From positions 3,722,001-3,786,000 of the forward strand of contig CM075997.1 of assembly GCA_038087875.1 (NCBI GenBank): a stretch of 64,000 nucleotides of DNA, written 5' to 3'. The notes beneath the pieces are model-generated. The model had not been told where the DNA came from. It searched no databases and saw nothing but the letters and a program-made list of their open reading frames with translations. The position numbers were made by a program, and so were the translations under genes. Shown here piece after piece: positions 12,948 through 27,900 of the stretch; position 1 is the stretch's first letter, and each line of letters opens with the position of its first letter. This stretch comes from Malacoraja senta. Lineage: Eukaryota.

Positions 12948-15900
12948 ATAATTCTCTTTTGTCAATGAATATTCAACCTAACCCATAATTAAACGAATGG
13001 AATATATGCGGTATCCATTATTAATAAATATCATGGCCCATTATTATTACCATCTTCAACAAATACTTGTTGTTTTTGGGAGATTTTGCATAAAGTCAGA
13101 TGTCCATAAGGCAGGTCCTGCATATTCTCCAGGTGTTCCTGTGCTGAATGCTTAACATGATGACCTTTCCTTCATTCGTCATGACCTAAGCTTTGGAAAT
13201 ATCCCCTCCCGAACTCTCTCTCCCCTTTAAAATGCTTTAAAACCTACACCTTTAACTTCCTACTTTGACCAAGCTTCCAGGTCACTAGCTCTATATCTCC
13301 CCTGTGAATCACCTTTAGGATGTTTGGCTCCATTAGTGTAGAGGTTTTTGTAGATGTTATTTGATGAGAATTCAAGAATCCCATCTATGGATCTTGCTTC
13401 ACATTGAATATGAGGGTCGGCAAAGCTCAAATGGCAAAGTGATGAGTTAAGTCTTGCTCGTAACACATCAGTGCATTGTGCCGTGGCCTTCATCTACAAC
13501 GGCGGCACGGTAGAGTTGCTGCCTTGCTGCACTTGCAGCACCAGAGACCCGGGTTCGATCCCGACTACGGGTGCTGTCTGTACTGAGTTTGTACCTTCTC
13601 ACCGTGACCGCGTGGGTTTCTCCGAGATTTTCGCTTTCCTCACACACTCCAAAGACGTGCAGGTTTGTTGGGTAATTGGCTTGGTATAAGTGTAAATTGT
13701 CCCTAATGGCCTCCCCTTTACTCTAAGACTGTGGCCCCCGGCTCTGGACTCGCCCAATACTGGGAACATTTTTCCTGCATCTAGCTTGTCCAGTCCTTTT
13801 ATAATTGTATCTGTTTCTATAAGACCCCCCCCCCCCTTCATCCTTCTAAACTCCAGTGAATACAAGCCTAGTCTTTTCAATCTTTCCTCAAACATTTTGT
13901 TTGATCTTGTGTCATCTTGGTTGTCAAGGTGACAACTGATGTTCGTGTTCAGTCAGACTTAGTTATCCAGATCAAATGCCAGCAGGAATTAATCCAAGGA
14001 AAAACAAGATTTAAGGATCTCCAGTTCGGGGCAAGATATGGAATCCAGGGCAGATTAAGGATCCAGGATCTGACACAAGATCTGTTAAGGATCCTGGGTT
14101 AGATAGAAGGAACTGCAGATATGTAATACCCAGCGATATGGACATTGACTTCGCTAACTTCAAATAGCCATTGCTTCTCTCTCCATCCCCTTCCCCTTCC
14201 CAGTTCTCCCACTAGTCTTACTGTCTCCGACTACATTCTACCTTTGTCCTGCCCCCTCCCCTGACATCATGTGTAGGAAAGAACTGCAGGTGCTGGTTTA
14301 AATCGCAGGTAGACACAAAATGCTGGAGTAACTCAGCGGGACAGGCAGCATCTCCTCTGGAGAGAAGGAATGGGTGACGTTTTGGGTCGAGACCCTTCTA
14401 GGGTCTCGACCCAAAAACGTCGCACTTTCCTTCTTTCCAGAGATGCTGCCTGGCCCGCCGGGTTACTCCAGCATTTTGTGTCTACCAAGGAACTGCAGAT
14501 GCTGGTTTACACAGACACAAAATGCAAAATTTCCATCCACTTTGTTCTTCATGGTTTGTAATCCCTCTGACATAGCTCCTTTCAACCGCTCTGTTCCAAT
14601 GAGAACAACCTCACCTTCTCCAGTCGATCCATCAAACTAAAGGCCCCTAATCCCTGGAATCGTGTGAGTATTTTTTATGCAGCCCAGAACTGGACACAGT
14701 ACACCAGTCGTGTCTTATGGAGATTGACCTTGAAGGGGCTGTCCCACTTGGGCGACCTAATCCGCGAGTTCTGGCGAGTTTGCCCTCGACTCGTACTCGC
14801 AGCATGGTCGACACAAGGTCGTAGGAGGTCTTTGTAACTCTCCTTCATGCTCAAGAGTAGTCTCCGCATACTCGAGGGCCTCAGCTAGGTCGCGGCGTAT
14901 TTTTCAACATGTTGGAAAATTGCCGCGAGTAAAAAAAAAAGGTCGCCATGGAAAAAAATCGATACTTTTGTTTATTCGTAGGTTTAGTCGTAGTAGGTCA
15001 TAGTAGGTCGGCATGTTAATCGTAGGTAATCGAGGATAGTCGAAGTTAATCGAAGGTAGTCTTAGCTAGTCTTCAACATAGTCGATGGGAGGTCGAAGGA
15101 GGTCGTCTTCACTCTCCACTATTCGGTGTCCAATTTTCCCGAAGTTAGTCGTAGCTAGTCGAAGCTAGTCTTCAACATAGTCGAAGGAGGTCTTCAACAC
15201 GACATTTTTTCAACTCTCCTAAACTCGCCAATTTTAGGCCGCCCAAGTGGGACAACCCCTTTACACTCTTTGCTACTTCACGCTGTACCTCTATTCGTTT
15301 TCTTTTCCAACTATTTTCCTAACCTACTTATAATGAACTATGTAGACATGCCCTAGACCTGCCTCTCGGATGCTGCCTGACCTGCTGAGTTACACTAGCA
15401 CTTATTATTCCACGCAAGATCTGCAGTTTGTTCTGTTGTGCTCTCCTCTAATATTGCCTCTTTTCATTTCTCTCTCGTCTTTCAGCGTTACATTTCACCC
15501 GCCTCTTAACTTCCTCATTCCACCGGCCTGTGGTTTCTATCAAACTATTCACATCTCATGTGTAGGACAGAACTGCAGATGCTGGTTTAAATCGAAGGTA
15601 GACACACAATGCTGGAGTAACTCAGCGGGACAGGCAGCGTCTCTGGAGAGCAGGGATGGGTGACGTTTCGGGTCGAGACCCTTCTGCAGAACTCGTTCCC
15701 GTCTCATCCTGCCTCACTGTTTTATATTATCTACACATTTGGGAATTGTGGCCAAATATCCAAGCAGCTGTGGGAGTCTGGGCTGGTGGTAGGTGTCTGT
15801 GGCAGGCTGTGCATAAGACGGAAACGAGGAGATCTAGGACAGGAATGGAAGGGCCTGAGAGGGACAATTACGAAGTTAAATTGGTTGTAATTTGATGGCA

Positions 15901-18900
15901 TTTTTGATTTTGGTACGAGTTTAAGAGGCAGCATCAATGTCATCGATATATCAGGGAAAGAGATGAGGAAGGGGGGGTCTGAGGACATGAAGCGAATATT
16001 GTTCCGTTTATCCAATAAACATCATCTTGCGTATGGCGTGCGCAGCCTAAACTTGTCGGACAACTTGTTCTATTTGACCTTGTTTGTGCACGTCAGGTTG
16101 ATTGCATTAGTCGAAACAGGGTGGACCGCGTGAAGGTTGCAATCTCCCACCCCATCCAATAAACTGCCAGGCATAGTTTGGCCCTGGTGAGTCTCTATAG
16201 CTACGCCTTTGATCTGAAGATGGTGCGTGGAGTTGAAGGAAAAGTTGCTCAATGAGATGATGACAAATCCAAACTTAGTTTTTGTTTCTCTCTTAGTATA
16301 GTCCGGGCAAGTCCCGCAGCCTCACTATTAACAACACATTACAGGACAAAGAAGCTCTTTCTTCTTCCCTCCCCCTATTAATCCATTTGGTCCCTCCCCC
16401 TGTCGGACATCTTCCCTTAGTCCTACCCATTCCTCCATAACCTTCTGTCCTGAAAACGAACTAGTTTCGTTGTCTTTCTCAGTTTTGCTAAAGGATCCCA
16501 AAGCTGAAATATTAACAGTTTCTCTTCCCAATGATGCTGCTTGACCTCCTGAGTGTTTGGCATTGTTTGGTTTTCAATGTTTAAGGCTGCAGATACAGGT
16601 TGCATGACTCTAACTCGGGTAGAGAATCACTTCATGGTTGGGACCAGGTGAAGTGATCAGTTGATGACTTGTTTCATGACAAGATCAGTTGCTAGTCATT
16701 GTTCAGGTAATCTTGGCAATGTATGGAACCGGGGAACGGGATCAGTTATTGATCAGAGCTCGAGGAAAGTGTCGGTTAATGATTTGTGGCAGAAGAGCTA
16801 GGTCGGTTAATGATCCGATCTCGGGAACAACATTAGTTAACGATTACATGTGGGGTAGAAGATTAGTTAAAAAATAATAATTTGTTAGCATCTGGTCATT
16901 GCTGGCAAGGTCAGTACTTATGCCCCACCCCAAATTGACTGATTGAAAGAAGCAGCATAGAAGCTGGCCCTTCGGCCCATTCAGTCCCTGTCCACCATCG
17001 ATCACACTGGCTCCATGTTATCCCACTTTTGCATCCACTCCTGAGAACGTGGATGTTAAATGTGAAGGGCTTTTATGTTAACTTTGATGATAAACAGATT
17101 ATTGGAATCAATTCCAATGGTCATTTGTTCTTATTGAGTCCACACACAAGATTAGAAGTTGTTCAGCCAGAGCTGAACACACTTCCTGGCATCTGCACAC
17201 ACTGGTGTCTGTCTTGTCGCTTCTTGTGCGTGGTGGTGGAAACAGGGCCGCGACGTGAACGCTCTTTCCTTGACCCCAAGGAAGGTCTTTCCTTGACCCC
17301 AATGGTCACTAAACCTTCATGTAGAAAGACTGAGATTGACATGAACCAAACACATGGATTTGTTACGGAAAGGTTGTGTCTAATTAATGATCAAATGACA
17401 CTGAGAGATGATAGAGTGAGGCAGTGTTTGTTGTATCAGTGTACTGCTTACCAAGTGTGCAAAATAGTACCTGGTGGTGTGACGATATTGGAACAGCTTG
17501 GCTAGTTCTGTAGCATCGATCTTCATTACTGTGGCTGAGGTGCTGGCTGAACCCATAACCTTTTCTGTATCTAATGTTCGCTCCCATTTCTTGACATCAG
17601 CTTAGGGGTTGATAGGGGTGGCAGTGGTGCAGCCAGTAGAGCCACTTCAGCAAAACCAGGTTCAATCCTGACGCTGGGTGTGTGCGTGCGTGTGGGGTCG
17701 ATGGTGATGACACGCAAGGTTATTCCCTCCTGTCTGTTCATGACCACTACTGCCACCTCCTTTAGATCTGTCCTGCCAGGTGGACTGGTCATATTACAGT
17801 GCAGGCATCAGGCACATTATCTATTAGGTATGAGAGGCACTGTGACTGATTCCAGAGCAAAATCAGTCAATGATTGGGATCAAGTACAGGACGACTTAAT
17901 GGATGGTGGTGAAGTTTGATGAGAAGCTGATACGGAATTGATCAATCTGCACAAATGACAGGACCAGTAATGATTGGGGCTTATGTTATTGATTGGAGCT
18001 TGGTTCACTAATGGGTTGGTGATCAGGAACTACCGGGGCTCCACTACTAGTTCAGTTAAAGATCGGGGATCTGGGACAATGCCAGTTCACACCAGTGGAT
18101 CGGGTAAAGATTAGTACACCAGTCCATGGTTCCTTATGGCTAAGGGTCAGGATCAGCTAATGATGGGAGATCAGGGTCAGGTTCCAGATAGCGAAACAAC
18201 GGGCTGAGTCGTAGGATGAGGATTATTTACAAGATGAAGTAATGATGGGATCAGCCACGTGTTTAGTTAGTGATTGGGGCTCTGATGTGGAATCAGTCAA
18301 TGATTATGTACAATTTAATACTGGCCTTTTAGAAATCCAGGGTCAGATTTTGGATGTTGATAATTTCGGATTACATTGAATGGCGGTGCTGGCTCGAAGG
18401 GCTGAATGGTCTCCCTGCACATATTGTCTATTGAGAATCAATTATTGGAAGTACTGGTACAGAATCGGATTACGAGCATGATCAAGAACAGTTAATAAAG
18501 GAAGAGAGACACAAAATGCTCAATTAACTCAACGGGTCAGGCAGCATCTCTGGAGAAATGGAATAGGTGACCTTTCGGGTTGAGATCCTTCATCAGATTA
18601 GTTAATGATTTGGATCTGGTAGTGGGTTAACTAATAATTGTTATTCTGATAATGGATTAGATGATGGACGGGAGTTGGGTACAGGGTCATTGTCATAATG
18701 GTGCTGGCTCGAAGGGCCGAATGGCCTACTCCTGCACCTATTGTCTAATGATTAAGACCTGGCTGCAGGAATAGTTGAAGATTATGGCACCAACATCATT
18801 GGTGAGGGTTTGGGTTTGGGAGCAGGTACAGAATGAACTAGTGAATGGGGGATTTAGGCAGTGGATAGATTAAGGATACACAAAAGTGCTGGAGAAACTC

Positions 18901-21900
18901 AGCGGGTGCAGCAGCATCTATGGAGCGAAGGAAATGGGCAACGTTTCGGGCCGAAACCCTTCTTCAGACTGATGGGGAGTGGGTGGGGGCGGGGAGAAGA
19001 AAGGAAAACGGAGGAGGAGGAGCCCGCGAGCTGAGATTAAGGATTATGACTCCTTTCCACTGTTAGTAGATTAACAGTTAACTGTCCACTATTGGTAGAT
19101 TATTCTGCCTGAGTATTCAAACACCCAAGTTGGTTTTCAATTATACTGACCAGAAATCTATTCTTAATGAAATTGTACGCGAGGAATTTGCAGCTGACAA
19201 GACATGTTTTCACAAAAATCCATTACGTATTGATCAGTGATTTCCTCTTGATCTTCATGATCTTCAGACATTAAGTATCTGTCGTCCATAACAGCCTTCT
19301 GAAACTTCTGAAAGGGTTATGGGGAGAAGGCAGGAGAATGGGGTTAGGAGTGAGTGATAGATCAGCCATGTTCAAGAAGGAACTGCAGATGCTGGGAAAA
19401 TCGAAGGTAGACAAAAGTGCTGGAGAAACTCAGCGGGTGCGGCAGCATCTATGGAGCGAAGGAAATAGGCCGAAACCCTTCTTCAGACTGGATCCCTGTT
19501 GGGTTCCTTGTTGGGCTAACGATGGCAGACTTTCTACATGGGGTGAAAAAACAATTCCAAATCTAGTTCAGGCTCTCCCTCTGGCTGGGCCTTGGACATT
19601 GCCCTGAGGAACTCTGGCAGTGATGCCCTGAGGATGAGGTGACCTCCTAGCCCCACAACCATCTTCCTTTGCCTGAGATATCTTGGAGTGTGACTCAGCA
19701 GGACAGGCAGCATCTCGAAAGAGAAGGTATGGGTCCCGAAGGAATGGTTTGGGGTCGACACCCTTCTTCAGACTTATGGGGCTGTCCCACTCTCGCGACT
19801 TTTTCGGCAACTGCCGGCACCTGTCATAGATCACCGACCAGAAAGACGCTACGACTCTTTGGGCGACGGAGGAGACTACTCACGACCATACAGATGACAC
19901 CCTAGCGATATGTCATGGGGTAACGCCTGTATGGTTGTGAGTAGTCGCCCAAAGAATCGTACCTTGTTCTGGTCGCCGCTGGATTTTGAACATGTTGAAC
20001 ATTTTCGGAGACCTGCTGCAACCATGACGGGTGCCGGCAAGTCGCCGAAAAAGTTGCGTAAGTGGGACAGGCCCATCAAGAGGTCTTCTTCAGTTTGAAG
20101 AAGGGTCTCGACCTGAAATGTCACCCATTCCTTCTCTCCAGAGATGCTGTCTGACCCGCTGAGTTACTCCAGCATTTTGTTTCTATCCTCGGTGTAAACC
20201 AGCATCTGCAGTTCCTTCTTATACATTGGAGCGTTGCCTTCTTGGTGCTCATTGGCTTCAGCTTTACCAGGACTGTTTGATTTCACACTCGGTCACATAC
20301 TTTCTTGGGGTCACTTATCCTCATCTCTGGAATTTAGTGTTTGGTCCATGTTTGGACCAAGACTGTGGTGGGATCTGAGGCCTAGTGGACCTGATAAACT
20401 AAACCTCGGGGACCATCTTACAGGAGAATAAATGGAGATTAATGCCTCTTTATCCCCCTCCTAATTGGGACTAGGCTGAAGGGCCAGTAATGTGGTGGTT
20501 TGGATTAGTTCTGCTTTTAGTCAATATTGGGTGGATGCCTGTATTACAACTGTACTGCAACAGCTTGGCTGGAGACACAGCAACAATTGGAGCTCAGCTC
20601 TGCATTGCTATAGCTGGTGGGATGTGTGGTTGTGCTGCCTTTACTGTATCCCTTGGTTTCTCGGCCTATTCTATTTAGTTTGGAGATACAATATGGACAC
20701 AGGCCCTTTGGCCCATCGAGTCCATCTTGACCATTAATCACCTGTACACTAGTTCTATGTTATCCACTTTTGCATCATGCACACTCAGGGTCAATTTGCA
20801 GAGGCCAATTAACCTACAAAGCCACACGTCTTTCCTCAATATTGTAAGGTTTGTAATAACGATCGCATCGAAGCTGGAAGAGGGAGGCAGGTTGTATCAA
20901 ACATAGGCATGTCTGGCCAGGACTTCCACATTCATGTCCATCATGCTTGTCTTTGATGCTCAGTGGACTGGGCAGTGGCTTTGGTGAGGGTGGGGATGTT
21001 TCTGGGTACTCCTTTTCTAACTAGAAGAAGATGATAGACACAAAATGCTGGGGTAACTCAGCGGGACAGGCAGCATCTCTGGAGAGAAGGAATGGGTGAT
21101 GGTTCGGGTCGAGACCCATCTTCAGACGTGTCTATCTAGTCTTTTGTCGTTCCTTCCTGCACTCTACCTTTCCAATGAGACCAGAACCATGCAGGGCCAC
21201 ATGAGCTCCAACTGCAGGAGCCGGCTCCGATCTCATCCAGTATGATATCCCAACTTGTCTATTGCATGCTGTAACCAAAACTTATTTAGTATCATGCCTT
21301 GGCGTGGGGGGAGGCCATTCAGCCCGTTGAGTCTACGCTGGCTCTCAGAACAAAAGGATGTTTCCACTAGTGGGAGAAGGACTAGTGAGCACAGGGTGAG
21401 GTATTGGATCTATGGTGGGTATAGGGATGAGCAAGGTGTCGGGCTCGAATGTAACCCAGTGTGTGGCTGGATGAGCTGAACCTCCTGGGTTGGGTACACG
21501 CTGAATTAAGCTGGGGTGCAAATTGGGTCACCTTCGGACATCATCCCACGAGCTCTTCCAGGCATTGTCACCAGCCCGAACCTTCTCAGCAGCCTCATCA
21601 ACCACCTTTCTCCCATCATTGAGGTCAGAAGTGAACTTGCTTACTGTTGATGATGCAGTTCAGTTGCATTCACAGCTCCTCGGAAAATGAAGCATCCCCT
21701 CCCTACGCACGTTCCATGTTATTGACTCTTAATTGCCCTCTGAAAAGGTCCTGCAAGCTCTTGGGAAGGAGCGATCCTGGATTCTTCTCAACATGGACTC
21801 CAGATCCCGTGATGGCTTAGATCAAAAACAGGGAAGGAATCTCCATCTCGATTACCTCCTAGTGTTCCTCCATGTTGAATAACACTTGGGAAGAAGCAGG

Positions 21901-24900
21901 ATTGGGGACTTCAATGTCCATCACCAAGAGAAGCTTGATAACACCATCCTTACCAAAAAGTTTGAGTCCAAAATGAGCAAGCAGTTAGGCTGGGGGGCTG
22001 ATGGTGAGTGAACCAACCCCAGGTTAAAACAATCTTGGTCTTTGTGGCCTTCTGAGGATGTGCTGCCTGTGAGACACCAATGGAGGTGGCCACCTCTTGG
22101 CCTTGTGGAGAACAACTCTCATCGCACTGGCCTTGTGATGTTGTGTGGCACCACCATTGTGCTAAAGGGGGTAGATGCAGAACAGAAAGTAGATCAAAGC
22201 TGGGTCTTAAACATTGTGGATCATTGGAAGAACACAATTGGATTGTACCGCATGGTACACAAAAATGCTGGAGAAACTCAGCGGGTGCAGCAGCATCTTA
22301 TGGAGCGAAGGAAATAGGTAACGTTTCGGGCCGAAACCCTTCTTCAGACCTTGGGGCCCAGCTTATCCGTCACTCTGCCATTGCAATCCAGGGATCAACC
22401 CTGGAACAGATTTTAGTTTAGTAACCACCACTCTGCCACCCACCAAAGACGTGCAGGTTTGTAGGTTAATTGGCTTGGTATAAATATAAATTGTCCCTAG
22501 TGTGTGCAGGATAGATTTAGTGTGCGGGGATCGCTGGTCGGAGCAGACTCGCTGTATCTCTAAACTAAAGTAAACTTCAGGCAACTTGATACATTCCTTG
22601 TCACTTCAAGGAAAGGCAAAGAGTACTGTACAAAGAAAATGCTGCAGAACGAGCCAACCCTCCCTGCCCTGTGTTCTGGAACCCGTCGAGCTGCTATGTT
22701 TATTGCAACAGTCGCATCCACCGCAAATTCTGGAAAGTTGCCGGGGTGTGTCTTGCCAAGAAAACGTAGCAGAAATCCGGTTTGTCTAGTTTAGTTTCGT
22801 TTAGAGATACAGCGCAGAAACGGGACCTTTGGTTCACCGAGTCCGCGCCGACCAGCGATCCCCGCACATTAACACTATCTCACACACACTAGGGACAATT
22901 TACACATACACCAAGCCAATTAACCTACATACCTGTACGTCTTTGGAGTGTGGGAGGAAACCGAAGGTCTCGGAGGAAATCCATGCAGCCATGGGGAGAA
23001 GGTACAAACTCCGCACAGATAGCACCCGTAGTCAGGATCGAACCCGGGTCTCCGGCACTGTAAGGCAGTAACTCTACCGGTGTGCCAAGTTGCATTCCAA
23101 TCGGTGTGCATTCAATGACCAGATAGAAGGTGTTCTCAGGAACTGCTGCCTGGTTTACATTCTGCTGCGAACGCGATTCAAACCTTATTATATCCTCGGT
23201 TCCAGAGATGAAGTGTGAGTGATTGCCTTTGACACCAAGGAGGCTTTGACAACCCAGTAAGATTAGAGCCAATGATCAAAAACCACATTCACAAAAACCA
23301 CCGAGGAAGATTTAATGCGTGACGTTTTGGGTCGAGACCCTTGAAGAAGGGTCATCGACCCGAAACGTCACCTATTCCTTCTCCCCAGAGACGCTGCCTG
23401 TCCCGCTGAGTTACTCTAGCGTTTTGTGTCTGTCTTCGGTTTAAACCGGCATCTGCAGGTCCTTCCTCCGCAGAGGAAGTTTTGAATTGTTGGGAGACCC
23501 AACAACCCCAGGCTTAAGATCGACGCACAGTGCTGGAACTACTCAGCAGGTCAGGTGGCATCTCTGGAGAAACGGAACCCTTTCTCCGAGTCCGCGCCGA
23601 CCAGCGATCCCCGCACATTAACGCTTTGTGGTCGGAACCCTTCTGCCTGACCTACTGAGTTTCTCCAGCCCTTTGTGCCTACCTTCCGTATAAACCCGCA
23701 TCTGTAGTTCCTTCCTACATAATCCTAGGCTTTAGCTGTTGGTTTCGGAGTTGTTCAGCAGGCTGCCATCAATGACTTTGGCACCATTGTAACGTTGGGT
23801 CCAGGAATGTCTGTTGATGTTTGCACGGAAACAGCATCTCCAGCTCATCGTGTCCACACTGAACATCCAATATCTCTTTAAACTAACGAGGTAGATGCAG
23901 AACCTCTTTAAACTAATCTTATTTTAGTCTCCCCCCACACACCTATCGACTCCCACCAGATTCTATCAATCACCTGCACTATTTACGAGGGCCTATTCGC
24001 ATGTCTTTGGGATGTGGGAGGAAATCCATATGGGCAGCGTAGTTTATTGTCACGTGTACCGAGGTACAGTGAAAAGCTTTTGCTGCGAGCTAACCGCAGG
24101 GACAACGTGCAAACTCGTGAACCCCTGGTCTCTCGAGCATTCTGATGCCAGCCCTCGTACTCTGCATGATCCTACGATAGTGTTCACCTCCACTGCATTA
24201 GATATTAAAGCAGTTAAAGCATTGAAGGTTCTGCACTCAGCTGGTTCCGTTCCTACCTTTCCAACCGATCCCACTTCATCTCTCCCCATAACCACACCTC
24301 TGCCACAGCCACTGTCACTCAAGGCGTTCCCCATTCTCGGTCCCCTCCTCTTCATCATCTACATCCTCCCCCTTGGTCATATACTCCGTCACTTCAACCT
24401 GGACTTCCACTGCTATGCTGATGACACCCAGATCTATCTCAGCACCAAGTCCCCCCACCACCCCCCTCTCTCCCATATCAACTCCTGCCTGTCAGCCATC
24501 AAATCTTGGATGCAACTCAACTTCCTCAAATTAAACAGTAACAAAACAGAATTTCTCCTCATTGGCTCCAAATCAACACTCACTAAAATTAACAACCCCA
24601 CTCTCACTATTGACGGCACCATTGTCTCCCCATCTCCTCAGGCCCGCAACCTTGGCGTGATCTTTGACTCAACCCTCTCCCTTGAGCCTCGCATCCGCCA
24701 TGTTGTCAAAACATCATTTTTTCACCTCCGCAACATTGCCAAAATCAGACCCCCTCTCACACCCCCCGCTGCTGAAAGACTCATCCATGCCTTCATCACC
24801 TCCTGACTGGACTACTGTAACTCTCTTCTCTTTGGCATTAATTCCAGCAACATCAACCGACTCCAACTGGTCCAGAATGCAGCCGCCCGACTCATCACCC

Positions 24901-27900
24901 ACACCAAATCCTGGCACCACATCGCCCCAGTTCTCAAAGAACTTCACTGGCTTCCCATTTCCCACCGGATCATCTACAAAATCCCGGTTCTCACCTACAA
25001 AGCCCTCAACCACTTGCCCCCCCCCCCTTATCTCACTGACCTCCTTTCCCCTACCAACCCTCACGGTCCCTCAGATCCACATCAGCCGGTCTCCTCTCCA
25101 TTCCGAAATCCAACCTCTGCATTTTTGGAAACAGAGCCTTCTCCAGGGCAGCTCCCAGGTTCTGGAACTCCCTCCCACAATTGATTCGAAATTCTGAGTC
25201 CCTCACCATCCTTCAGTCCCGCCTCAAGACCCATCTCTTCACCTCTGCATACCCTTAGTCCCATGTCCCCCTCCCCTTTGCATCTCTGTCTTACTGCTCT
25301 ATTTTGTTTTGTTCTTGACTCTCCATGTAAAGCGACTTTGAGTCCTTGAAAAGCGCTATACAAAATAAATGTATTATTATTATTATTATCTGTCAGCAAC
25401 GAGACTCGGGCAGTATTCAAACACGGGCTGATGCAGCATCTATTGAGCGAAGGAATAGGTGACGTTTCGGGTCGTCTATTCACCTATTCCTTCGCTCCAT
25501 AGATGCGGCCTCACCCGCTGAGTTTCTCCGGCATTTTTGTCTACCTTCTATTTTCCAGCATCTGCAGTTCTTTCTGAAACAATGGGCTGATGGGCCAGGA
25601 TCATTCCTGTCACATAAGTACCAAACAGTGACAGATATACCATTCATTAGTGCGGGTATCAGGGGTTATAGTCATAGAGTGATACAGTGTGGAAACAGGC
25701 CCTTTGGCCCAACTTTCCCACACCGGTCAACCTGTCCCAGCTACACTAGTCCCACCTGCCTGGGCTTGGTCCATATCCCTCCAAACTTGTCCTATCCATC
25801 CATGTACCTGTCTAACTGTTTCTTAAACATTGGGGTAGTCCCAGCCTCAACAACCTCCACTGGTAGCATGTTGCATACACCCACCACCCTTTGTGTGGAA
25901 AAAGTTACACCTCAGATTCCTATTAAATCTTTTCCCCTTCACCTTGAACCTGTGTCCTCTGGTCCTCGATTCCCCTGACTCCGGACAAGCAACTCTGTGC
26001 ATCTACCCGATCTATTCCTCTCATGATATTATACACATAAACGGAACAGATCGGGTTATGGGGAAGAGGCAGGAGAATGGGGTTGAGAGGGAAAGATAGA
26101 TCAGCCATGATTGAATGGCGGAGTAGACTTGATGGGCCGAATGGCTCCTATCACTTATGAACATGAATCCATGACTAGGTGACCAAGTGAGTCCAACCAT
26201 TTCTCCTGCACTTTCAATGGCTTTACCACTGATGAATCTCCTCATGCCCACCACCATCTGGTGAAAGGAGAATGTAAGGAGGTGGGGACATCAATGCAGA
26301 GGAGCTTAGCTGGACCAGCCTGTAGGTAACGTGGCTACAAGAGCGTGTCTCCAGCATCTATGGAGCTTTGATTTTTCCAGCATCTGCAGTTCCTTCTTAA
26401 ACATATCACTGGGAAGTATTCTCAGAGAATGTCAGATTAATGAAATGCTGCCATAGTGGGTTTGAGAAAAGGCCATTCCTGACTAAAGTGATTGCATTCT
26501 GTATGGCAGAGAGGTGGAGGGTCGATGTGAGCAGTGTGATTGATGCAGTCAGCATGGGCTTTGGCGAGGCTTTTGACAAAGAATCCTTGGGGGGACACCA
26601 AATCAAGAACTAAACGTCTAAAGGAAAATAATGAGTTGGATCCAAACTTGTCCCAATGGCAGCGACAGAGGATAATATTGAATGGGTGCAAGTGGTTTGT
26701 GTGGCTGGCCTCCCTAGAATTAAGCTCCACACTTTCCTTGTTGTGTGTGGTATCTGTATATAATTATATAAATGGGAGATTATAGGAACCACAGGTATTC
26801 TCTGGAATTTAGAAGCTTAAATGGTGATTTGATTGTGGTTTTAAGATATCAAGGGGACAGGTGAAGCCGAGAGACTGTCTTTGCTGGAAGAAGTGTCTCG
26901 GACTAGGATGACGAGTCTTAGAATTGGAACCAAGTCTTTCAGAACTGGAGTTCGGCAATAGACAATAGACAATGGGTGCAGGAGTAGGCCATTCGGCCCT
27001 TCGAGCCAGCACCGCCATTCAATGTGATCATGGCTGATCATCCCCAATCAGCACCCCGTTCCTGCCGTCTCCCCATATCCCCTGACTCCGCTATTTTTAA
27101 GAGCCCTATCTAGCTCTCTCTTGAAAGCATCCAGAGAACCGGCCTCCACCGCCCTCTGAGGCAGAGAATTCCACATTCACCACTCTCTGTGAGAAAAAGT
27201 GTTTCCTCGTCTCTGTTCAAAATGGCTTACTCCTTATTCTTAAACTGTGGCCCCTGGTTCTGGACTCCCCCAACATTGGGAACATGTTTCCTGCCTCTAG
27301 CGTGTCCAAACTCTTAACAATCTTATATGTTTCAATGAGATTCCCTCTCATCCTTCTAAACTCCAGAGTATACAAGCCCAGTTCATCCTGTAGATGATGA
27401 AGATGCACTAGAGGACAGAGGATCTAGGGAGGCAGAGGAACTGAAAGAAGTTTGCGTCAGGCGAGAAATAGTATTGAGTAGACTGATGGGACTGAAGGCT
27501 GATAAATCCCTAGGGTCTGATGGTCTGCATTCCAGGGTACTCAAGGAGGTGGCTCTAGAAATCGTGGAGGCATTGGTGATCATTTTCCAATGTTCTATAG
27601 ATTCAGGATCAGTTCCTGTGGATTGGAGGATAGCTGATGTTATCCCATTTTTCAAGAAAGGAGCGAGAGAGAAAACGGGGAATTATAGACCAGTTAGCCT
27701 GACATCGGTGGTGGGGAAGATGCTGGTGTCAATTATAAAAAATGTTGTGGTGAGACCAGACAGGGTTGAGCGAAAAGTTTTAAAATTTTTTTAATAAAAA
27801 TGAACAACGAAAGCCCGTGAAGTTCGCGAGACTGTCTGCACTAACAATAATACGCTCCTGTCGCAGGGAGGAGCGCTGACTAACTGACGGACACACCCCA

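Larger units (their letters stand above)
15790..16260 (-). mobile_element. Degenerate Penelope-like RT fragment (host of the ribozyme element)
   Basis: Minus-strand remnants [16 protein letters not shown] and YIDD-like motif, as in PLE reverse transcriptases. Boundaries approximate. Confidence 0.6.
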
